Shown here: positions 55,163 through 64,000 of the stretch, in pieces
How positions within the stretch are numbered: the stretch's first letter is position 1
Layout: each line of letters starts with the position of its first letter
Source of the DNA: an uncultured delta proteobacterium
GTDB lineage: Bacteria; Desulfobacterota; Binatia; Binatales; Binataceae
Direction: 5' to 3'
Length of the DNA: 64,000 bases
Assembly (NCBI GenBank): GCA_963721485.1
Contig: CAVRJV010000014.1
Span: 1,228,579 to 1,292,578, forward strand
Notes under the pieces: model-generated
What the model saw: only the letters and a program-made list of their open reading frames with translations
What the model was told of the DNA's origin: nothing
The model's database searches: none
Translations under genes and position numbers: made by a program

Positions 55163-58135
55163 ATGCCCGACGATCTCATCCAGTTCGACGACTTTGTGTT
55201 AAACCGTTCCGCCTGCGAGCTGCGCCGCGGCGATGCGCTTGTTCCGCTGCAGCGGGTTCCGCTCGAGCTTCTATCTTTCTTGCTCGAACGCCGCGGGCAG
55301 CTGGTTACGCGCCAGGAGATCCTGGAGCGCGTGTGGGGCAAGGGGGTTTTCGTCGACGGCGAGACCAGTATCAACACCGCGGTGCGAAAGCTCCGACGGG
55401 CGCTGTTAGACAATCCTCACGCGCCACGATTCGTCGCGACGGTGCCCGCGAGAGGATATCGATTCGTTGCGAAAATTCGCTCGCCGAAGCCGGCTGTTAT
55501 GGCGCGACCCGCTGGCCCGCGATCGTCGGTGATGGTTGGACGCGAGCACGAGCTGGCCTCGCTCATCGGCGGACTCGACGATGCGGCGGCGCGGCGCGGG
55601 CGGTTGTTTCTGATTTGCGGCGAACCGGGCGTGGGCAAGACGCGCCTGGCTGACGAGGTGGCGACCGTTGCCGAAGCGAAGCGAATGGCGCTGATGATCG
55701 GGCATTGTTCGGAACACGATGAAGCCGTCGCGTACCTTCCTTTCGTCGAAATCCTCGAGAGCTTGGTCGAGCGCCCGCAGAGTCAGGATCGCTTGCGCGC
55801 GGCGTTGGGACCCGAAGCATCGGAGCTGGCGCGTTTGCTTCCCAAGCTCAGGGACATCCTGCCGGGGCTTCCACCGGCGCGAGCTTTGCCGCCTGCTCAG
55901 GCCCGACGCCACCTGCTCAACTCTTTCTTCGACTTTGCTGTTCGCGCCGCTTCCGCTAGCCCGGCGCTGATGATTCTGGAGGATCTTCATTGGGCGGACG
56001 ATTCGACATTGGCCCTGCTGGATCACATCGCGCAGCGGCTCTCGGATCAGCCGTTGATGATTATCTGCACCTATCGCGATGCGGAGACGAACATCACACC
56101 GGTCCTGGCAAGGACCTTGGAGAATCTCGCCCGCGGCCGATTCGCGACCGAAGTGAGGCTAAAGCGCCTGCCCCGGGGCGAGGTCGCCGCGATGCTGAGC
56201 AGCCTGAGCGGAAAGCCGCCGCCCGAGGGCGTCGTTGCGGAGATATTTGCGGAGACCGAAGGCAATCCATTCTTCGTCGAAGAACTTTTTCATCATCTCG
56301 AAGATGAAGGTCGACTATACGATGCGGCGGGACAATTCCGTTCAAAACTCCAGATTGGCGAGTTTGATGCGCCGCGCAGCGTTCGGCTCGTGGTCGCGAG
56401 ACGATTGGCGCGGCTCGGGCGACTCACCCGGGAAATACTGGCGGCCGCATCGGTGATTGGAAGATTCTTCAGCTTCGAAGTTCTTAAGGTTTTGTACGAC
56501 GACAATGACGATTCGATTCTAGAATGCCTCGAAGAAGCAGAGAAGGCGGGCCTATTGGAGTCGGTCGCGCCAGGTTCGCAGGCGCGGTTTGCGTTTTCCC
56601 ATGAGCTCATCCGTCAGGCGGTGCTGAGTGGCCTTTCGGCGATGCGGCGCCAGCGACTTCATCTGAAAGTAGCTGGCGCAATCGAGCAGATGGCTTCCAC
56701 CATGTCCGAACAGACATCTGCCACGAGCCGCGACGAGCTGGCTGCGCAGCTCGCGCATCACCATGCCCGGGGCGGAAATCCGGGCAAGGCCGTCGCGTAC
56801 TACCTGAGCGCCGTTCGGCAGCTTGCGGAGCTCGGCTCCAACGTCGAGGCGATTGCGATGTTCAATGCTGGCCTTGAACTATTGGGAGACGTACCCGATG
56901 ACGACCAGCGGACAAAGCTGGAGATCGACCTTCGAGTCGCCGCCTGCGGACCATTGGGAGACAGCAAGGGGCTGGCATCGGCGGAGATAAAGCAGTCGAT
57001 CGACCGCGCACTCGCGCTATGCAAAAGGCCGGGGATCAACTGGGAAAGAACCTGGTGGGCTTTGTACAACGCGTTTTGGCTTCACCATCTCCGTCCCGAT
57101 ACCCGCAGGGCGCGCGATATCGCTGCTGAGCTTGTCGCGGGAGCCGAGCAGAACGGCACCGCCGCGCATATCGCGGAGGCCGAGACTTCGCTTGCCTGGG
57201 TGAGGATGTACTCGGGTGAGTTCGAGCTCGCTGATCAAGGCTTCGAGCGAGCGTGGGTGCATCTGGAATCGATTCAGAAACGCACATCAACTTTATCGAC
57301 GCGCGATGGATCCGATCGCGAATTGCGTACTATCTCGCAACTGGGCACTCTGCAAAACAACCGAATGGTCTCCGGGTGGAACCTGTGGTTCATGGGCTAT
57401 CCGGAGCGCGCGGTGGAGCGATTGAATGTCGCCACGGCGATCGCGAATGCGGGGGTCAAGACGATGCTCGCTGACATCCACGGCTTCGCCAGTTACATCC
57501 ACGAGCTTCGCCGCGAACCTGATCAGATGAATGCGCGGGCCGAGGCAAGGCGGCGGCTTTCAATCGAATCGGGCTACCCAGCCGGCAAGGCGTTGAGCGA
57601 AATCTACCTCGGCTGGGCCGATGCTCTAGCGGGCGATTTGGAGCGCGGCATCGAGCGCATACGTAAGTATATGACCGAACTGGAAGCCAGTGGGTGCAAG
57701 TATATGCATGACCGGTGCCTCTCGTTCATAGCAATCGCGCTCAGCCGAATGGGACGGTTCGATGAAGCGCTCAAAGCCATAGACGAGTCATCTTCCTTCA
57801 CCGAGAGAACCGGACAGCACTACTACGAGGCCGAGCTACATCGACTAAAGGGCGAGCTACTGCTAGCCCGGGATCCATCAGACGGCGCGCGGGCTGAGCG
57901 ATGCTTCCGTTCCGCGATCGATATTGCGCGCGAGCAGCAAGCGCGTTCCTGGGAGTTGCGCGCCGCGACAAGCCTCGCGCGACTTGCGAGAAGCACCAAA
58001 CGCAAAGATGACGCGCGAACTATTCTGATGGCGGCCTACGGATGGTTCACGGAGGGTTTCGATACCCGGGATCTCAAGGATGCTAGAGCGCTGCTCAACG
58101 AGTTGAACGATAAGCGCCTGGGCCACGATGGATGA
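55163..58135 (+). CDS. OmpR/CadC-type winged-helix DNA-binding domain + AAA (AAA_16) ATPase + TPR regulator
   Basis: N-terminus FDDFVLNRSACELRRGDALVPLQRVPLELLSFLLERRGQLVTRQEILERVWG...VPARGYRFV. Walker A GEPGVGKTRL. The C-terminal TPR block is paralogous to 50775..54254. Confidence 0.85.
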   Translation: MPDDLIQFDDFVLNRSACELRRGDALVPLQRVPLELLSFLLERRGQLVTRQEILERVWGKGVFVDGETSINTAVRKLRRALLDNPHAPRFVATVPARGYRFVAKIRSPKPAVMARPAGPRSSVMVGREHELASLIGGLDDAAARRGRLFLICGEPGVGKTRLADEVATVAEAKRMALMIGHCSEHDEAVAYLPFVEILESLVERPQSQDRLRAALGPEASELARLLPKLRDILPGLPPARALPPAQARRHLLNSFFDFAVRAASASPALMILEDLHWADDSTLALLDHIAQRLSDQPLMIICTYRDAETNITPVLARTLENLARGRFATEVRLKRLPRGEVAAMLSSLSGKPPPEGVVAEIFAETEGNPFFVEELFHHLEDEGRLYDAAGQFRSKLQIGEFDAPRSVRLVVARRLARLGRLTREILAAASVIGRFFSFEVLKVLYDDNDDSILECLEEAEKAGLLESVAPGSQARFAFSHELIRQAVLSGLSAMRRQRLHLKVAGAIEQMASTMSEQTSATSRDELAAQLAHHHARGGNPGKAVAYYLSAVRQLAELGSNVEAIAMFNAGLELLGDVPDDDQRTKLEIDLRVAACGPLGDSKGLASAEIKQSIDRALALCKRPGINWERTWWALYNAFWLHHLRPDTRRARDIAAELVAGAEQNGTAAHIAEAETSLAWVRMYSGEFELADQGFERAWVHLESIQKRTSTLSTRDGSDRELRTISQLGTLQNNRMVSGWNLWFMGYPERAVERLNVATAIANAGVKTMLADIHGFASYIHELRREPDQMNARAEARRRLSIESGYPAGKALSEIYLGWADALAGDLERGIERIRKYMTELEASGCKYMHDRCLSFIAIALSRMGRFDEALKAIDESSSFTERTGQHYYEAELHRLKGELLLARDPSDGARAERCFRSAIDIAREQQARSWELRAATSLARLARSTKRKDDARTILMAAYGWFTEGFDTRDLKDARALLNELNDKRLGHDG

Positions 58136-58364
58136 GCCTGCTAGCGTCGAGGTGGCAGCAAAAGAATCAGAGAGGAGCGTACTGGCGTCGCGGGGCTCCT
58201 CGGCACCGGCATTCTTTAGCCTTCGAATGAACGGCGATGATCCGCGGACCTGGGTAAATCGGGCCGAGAGAGGAATTGGCTAATTCGGGCGAATCCGTCC
58301 GAAAGAGAAGCTGTCTTGGTCCGCCAGCGATCGCAAATCGCGCGCACACGCGCCTGAGGAAAAC

Positions 58365-60241
<1,877 letters not shown>

Positions 60242-60348
60242 ACGCGCCGCCAGTATGCTCCTCTCTATTTTTTTGCTGCCACCCCGACGTTGGCACGCTC
60301 ATCTGGGGCGCGGAGCGAATGAATTTCTTGGCGCGATTTAGTCTTCGA

Positions 60349-60425
60349 TGCGAGAGGGGGACTTGAACCCCATGCGCCGCTTAAGGCAAGCGGCGAGCCG
60401 GTTAGCCCGCCGCTTGGCCGGGTGC
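60349..60425 (-). other. tRNA-like remnant / structured element downstream of 60453..62441
   Basis: The minus strand reads ...CGCCGCTTGCCTTAAGCGGCG-CA-TGGGGTTCAAGTCCCCC-TCTCGCA. It has a good T-arm, a 3' acceptor-like strand and a 7-bp hairpin. The hairpin loop UGCCUUA lacks U33, and no matching 5' acceptor strand exists, so I could not fold a cloverleaf. Confidence 0.25.
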
Positions 60426-60452
60426 CTCATTGAGTGACATCCCGATTATTTT

Positions 60453-62441
60453 TCATTTCGGCGCCTTGCCGCTCCCCGACAACGTGACCATCTGTGGCGC
60501 TCCCTGCGCATCGTCGTTGACGGTCAGAGTACCGCTTTGCGGCGTAGTGCCCGTTGGACTGAAGGTCACCTCAATCTTGCAGGATTTGCCCGGCGCCAAG
60601 GTCTTGGTGCACTGCGCTCCCTTGATTCCGAACCCAGACGAGGCTACCTCGCCAGTTATCATCACACCGATTTTCGAACTCTTCGAGCTGACGTTCTTGA
60701 TCGTCACCTCCTCGGGCTTGCTGGTTTTGCCCTCGGTGGTGTGGTCGCCGAAGTTCACAGGGTTCGGCGTGATCGACAACATACCGACGGAAGTCGGCGT
60801 CGCAGTAGGCGTGGGGGTGGCCGTCGGCGTTGCAGTAGGCGTGGCGGTCGCCGTCGGAGTAGCAGTTGCGGTCGGGGTCGTAGTTTGAGTGGCGGTCGCG
60901 GTTGAGGTCCGCGTTGAGGTCGGCGTCGAAGCCGCGGTCCCGGTGGAAGTCGCGCTTGCGGTCGGGGACGCAGTGGTGGTCGCCGTCGGAGTCGCACTTG
61001 TCGCAGCGGTCGCAGTTTGAGTGGCGGTCGCGGTAGAGGTCCGCGTTGAGGTCGGCGTCGAAGCCGTGGTTGCGGTAGAAGTCACGGTTGCGGTCGGGGT
61101 CGAAGTGGCGGTCGCCGTCGGCGTCGCAGTTTGAGTAGCGGTCGCGGTCGAGGTCCGCGTTGAGGTCGGCGTGGAGGTCCTGGTTGCGGTAGAAGTCGCC
61201 GTTGGGGTCGGGGTCGCAGTGCTGCTGCTTAGCCCTGCGACGCTGACGGTCCCCCCACAACCCACCGCCACAGAGCCGGATGCATTGCTCTCCGTGAATA
61301 CGAGCGATGGAAACTGCGACTTTGCCGGGACCTCTGTTGTGTCCACCAGGGTCAGGTTGTTCGTCTCGCCGGTGTAGCCTGTATCGTCACAGGCGGGTCC
61401 GCTCGTCACTCCGCTGTCCACGCTGGTGCGCACAACCATCGTCGATCCGGTGTTGAAGGTGGCCTCGTCGCCGCCACCGTCGCCAAAGACATTGAACTCG
61501 GCGTCCTGCCATTCGCTGCTCAGATCGGGAAAATAGTTGTTGCCGGACGCCGAATAGACTTCGCCGCCCACTGACACGGCAATGGAATCGTCCGCGCCAT
61601 TCACGCCCGCCGTATCGCCGGTGACCGTTAGTTGGCTCAACGAAGTGATCGGCTCAGCCGGCGCCGGGGCGGCATTCATGGCGTTGACCACGCAATAGAC
61701 CTCTCCGGAGACGGAAAATGGACACCATCCGTCAGACTCTACCTGGTTGGTCATGCAGTCAGCGCCTCTGGGAGATGGGCATGACGTACCTGTGGGACCA
61801 TAGTTTATCAACCAGTACTGCATGAACCCGCCGTAACTGGTACCTGCGGAAGTGTCATACACGAACTGTTCCCACCCCAGACATGACGCTGGCTCAGGAG
61901 AGCCGCTGCACGTCGTCGTTGTGAAGAAGTCGGTGTTGAGCTGTAAAGAATAAGAGTTTGCGCCGTCTGGGCTGCTCTCGCTCGTCACGCCGCTGACGCT
62001 GTCGAACGATCCTTCTGCCTCCGATACTGTGCCTGTCACTTGGGCTGAGAAATCCGCTCCGTCTCCTACTGTTTCTCCTACTTTTCCGGTGCGGCTTCGT
62101 CCGCTCCTCGGCGGAAGGAGCTTGTGGGGCGGTGTCTTGCAGGGAACCTCACGCCATTGTGTGTCCGGATAGCTAGCTACAAAACAGCCGTTCGTCGGCC
62201 GGGGAGTCCTCAGAATCGTCTTGCGCCAGACCTCCAACTCCGGCTGGCTGGGACGCACCGTGGCGGCCGACGGCGTCTGCTCCGCAGTGGGGATAGGAGC
62301 CTGCTTCGGAGTCTGAGCGACGGCGACTCCCCGGATAAACATAATCACGACGGTGGCAACAGTTACCGTCGCCGTGGTGCGCATCCACGCCGACGCGAAA
62401 TGCCGACCGACGCGCGCTATTACTGATACGGCTCTATCCAT
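60453..62441 (-). CDS. secreted protein: unknown Cys-containing ~400-aa head, ~150-aa Thr/Ser/Ala/Pro linker, C-terminal Ig-like (choice-of-anchor D type) domain
   Basis: 662 aa with a signal/anchor (TTATVTVATVVIMFIRGVAVAQ). The head has NSYSLQLNTDFFTTTTCSG..CLGWEQFVY..FMQYWLINYG..AEFNVFGDGGG. The linker repeats ASTPTSTRTSTATATQT three times. The terminal domain VGMLSITPNPVNFGD...TLSGSGKAPK is ~50% identical by eye to the end of 25085..27793. Confidence 0.75.
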   Translation of the reverse strand: MDRAVSVIARVGRHFASAWMRTTATVTVATVVIMFIRGVAVAQTPKQAPIPTAEQTPSAATVRPSQPELEVWRKTILRTPRPTNGCFVASYPDTQWREVPCKTPPHKLLPPRSGRSRTGKVGETVGDGADFSAQVTGTVSEAEGSFDSVSGVTSESSPDGANSYSLQLNTDFFTTTTCSGSPEPASCLGWEQFVYDTSAGTSYGGFMQYWLINYGPTGTSCPSPRGADCMTNQVESDGWCPFSVSGEVYCVVNAMNAAPAPAEPITSLSQLTVTGDTAGVNGADDSIAVSVGGEVYSASGNNYFPDLSSEWQDAEFNVFGDGGGDEATFNTGSTMVVRTSVDSGVTSGPACDDTGYTGETNNLTLVDTTEVPAKSQFPSLVFTESNASGSVAVGCGGTVSVAGLSSSTATPTPTATSTATRTSTPTSTRTSTATATQTATPTATATSTPTATVTSTATTASTPTSTRTSTATATQTATAATSATPTATTTASPTASATSTGTAASTPTSTRTSTATATQTTTPTATATPTATATPTATPTATPTPTATPTSVGMLSITPNPVNFGDHTTEGKTSKPEEVTIKNVSSKSSKIGVMITGEVASSGFGIKGAQCTKTLAPGKSCKIEVTFSPTGTTPQSGTLTVNDDAQGAPQMVTLSGSGKAPK

Positions 62442-62460
62442 CTGGCCTCCCTTAGATCAT

Positions 62461-63660
62461 CCTGTCTGTGTCGAATTGCAATTCAGGCGGCAACTGGGGT
62501 GTGAAATAAGCCGTTGCAATATTGCCGCCAGGAATATGACTCAAGTTTTGCGCTTGGCGGTGGAGGTACGCCACTCCGTTGGACCGGCATAGCTCCGGCC
62601 AACCCGCTGTGGCACCGGTCTTGGTTGTAATAGGCTTTGTAGGTCTCAAGCTTCCTCTTCAGATCGCTTTGGTTCCAAAACAAAGTCCGATCTAGGTACT
62701 CGCGACGCACCGTCCCAATCAGTCGCTCAACGAAAGGATGGGAGCGTGGCGTACAGGGGATAGCTTTAATCTCTTCAACCTCGAGTACGCGAAGATTCGC
62801 CAGCCAGCGATGAAAGCGAAACAATGGATCGTGATCTGATGAGAGGTACCGCGGCGGTCTCTGGTTCGCGATCGCGCGATTGAACATCCTGCAGATGGCG
62901 GGACCGTCGAGATTCGCCGCCGCGACGCCAAAGCCGATAATGCGGCGGGTAAAAACGTCCATCACAACCATAATCCAGTAGCTTTTGAGCAGAATCGATT
63001 CGCAGCGAAACAGGTCGACGCTCCACAGGCTGTCCCTGGCGTGCCCGATGACGGTGAGCCACGAAGGGCCATCACCACCTGGCAGCGGTCTGAAGTGCTG
63101 GATGAGTATGCGACGCACGATATCTTTATTTATCTCGATACCGAACGCGCTCGAAATCTGCTCGGCAATCTTTCGGCAGCCGAAGCGAGGGTTGCGTCGT
63201 TTCATCTCGACGACCGTGTCGATGAGTTCTCTTGAGGGACCTTTGGGTCCGGGGTGCCGGCGCTTTCTCGGGCTGTAGAGCAGGCGATACTTGCGCTTCA
63301 CCAGGGCGCGGTGAAAGCTCAGAAGAGTGGAAGGCTTCAGTATCACAGCCATCTTGCTGAGCCGCTTGGGCGATACCCAAAGTGCGCAAACTCCGAGCAC
63401 GAGCCGATCCCAGGAGGTCAGATTCGGAGTGCGGCGCCGCGCACGCTTCATGATGAGCAACTGGTGTTTGACCGCCAGTGATTCTGCTGCCACTGCGCCA
63501 AGACCGCCCGGTCTGGCTAGCTTCACCAGGATCACCAGCAAGTGGGCGATCAAGCTGAACAGCAAACTCATCAAAGCGAACTTTAACCGTGTGCGAACGA
63601 TTCACAAGTCTGCACTTCAACGGTGCATTCCGCCAGAATCAGCAATTCAACACACACAGC
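62461..63660 (-). mobile_element. ~1.2-kb insertion sequence of the same family, copy 2, inverted relative to copy 1
   Basis: + strand ends are cctgtctgtgtcgaattgcaattcagg (62461) and ccagaatcagcaattcaacacacacagc (63660). It contains ORF 62483..63574. Confidence 0.8.
62483..63574 (-). CDS. DDE transposase (integrase core domain)
   Basis: 363 aa, the same motifs as 59141..60217. It has a 5-aa insertion (RRTPN) relative to copy 1. Confidence 0.85.
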   Translation of the reverse strand: MMSLLFSLIAHLLVILVKLARPGGLGAVAAESLAVKHQLLIMKRARRRTPNLTSWDRLVLGVCALWVSPKRLSKMAVILKPSTLLSFHRALVKRKYRLLYSPRKRRHPGPKGPSRELIDTVVEMKRRNPRFGCRKIAEQISSAFGIEINKDIVRRILIQHFRPLPGGDGPSWLTVIGHARDSLWSVDLFRCESILLKSYWIMVVMDVFTRRIIGFGVAAANLDGPAICRMFNRAIANQRPPRYLSSDHDPLFRFHRWLANLRVLEVEEIKAIPCTPRSHPFVERLIGTVRREYLDRTLFWNQSDLKRKLETYKAYYNQDRCHSGLAGAMPVQRSGVPPPPSAKLESYSWRQYCNGLFHTPVAA

Positions 63661-63882
63661 TCTATTGAAAAATCGTTCACTCGCGACCGAAGTGGGGCGA
63701 AAGGGAGTCAGCACTGCCAAGAATGCCGCAATCGCAAAAACCGCCTGATCTACTCATCTTTGTCTTCTCCTGTGGACGTAGATGCCATTTTTGACTTGTC
63801 ATTTTGCGTAACCATACCGATCGAGTTCCAAGCTCTAGGGCTGAACACCAGCGGACTGAGACTTCAACGCGATCTGTATCGC

Positions 63883-64000
63883 TCACGGAGAGTGCCCAAA
63901 GGTGCTGCTTACCGTCACGCCGTCGCCACCGAGGATACTTGCATACCAGCCGCTGGCTACGTTTGAGGAGCCGCCGCTGACAGTCGCAGAGCTGCCGCTC
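63883..64000 (-). CDS. 3' end of a gene running off the window (Gly/Ser-rich repeat protein)
   Basis: The minus-strand frame is open from the window edge to TGA at 63883-63885: GSSATVSGGSSNVASGWYASILGGDGVTVSSTFGHSP. This is reminiscent of G-G-x-x-N-x-A-S-G head/fibre repeats. It is too short to classify. Confidence 0.3.
   Translation of the reverse strand, partial: SGSSATVSGGSSNVASGWYASILGGDGVTVSSTFGHSP

Overview
GC-rich bacterial chromosomal segment that looks like a highly plastic accessory region. All functional calls come from motif recognition by eye, not database searches. No rRNA, intact tRNA or CRISPR array was seen. Layout, left to right: (1) 0-12.4 kb, envelope-glycan cluster: five GT-C-like polytopic membrane glycosyltransferase genes (two disrupted), a DUF4185-like putative glycosidase, and a tandem array of three frameshifted acyltransferase-3 genes. 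(2) 12.6-15.5 kb: first of seven secreted beta-propeller proteins. (3) 15.9-24.5 kb: degraded phage/ICE-type replication-recombination module (P-loop helicase-like, HNH, YqaJ exonuclease, ERF annealase, Cro-like HTH, small hypotheticals), with no integrase or structural genes. (4) 25-41.2 kb: island of four giant secreted proteins (SBBP propeller, PQQ-like propeller, S53 sedolisin, NHL double propeller). Each combines a head domain, an extreme Thr/Ala/Pro/Ser linker and, in three of the four, HYDIN/choice-of-anchor-D-type Ig modules; the sedolisin instead carries a duplicated Cys-rich orphan domain. The island is bracketed by vapB(C) copies and contains a 1.3-kb inverted coding repeat and a perfect tandem duplication of period 939 bp. 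(5) 41.2-49.6 kb, debris zone: vapBC, gene fragments, IS fragments, three ~55-bp palindromic IS-end elements, three more secreted repeat proteins (a beta-helix and two propellers) and a serine-recombinase pseudogene. (6) 50-58.8 kb: DUF924, GST, a DUF4189-like secreted protein and two paralogous AAA+TPR (STAND-like) regulators with different N-terminal modules. (7) 58.8-63.7 kb: two inverted ~1.2-kb rve-type IS copies flanking another secreted linker+Ig protein.
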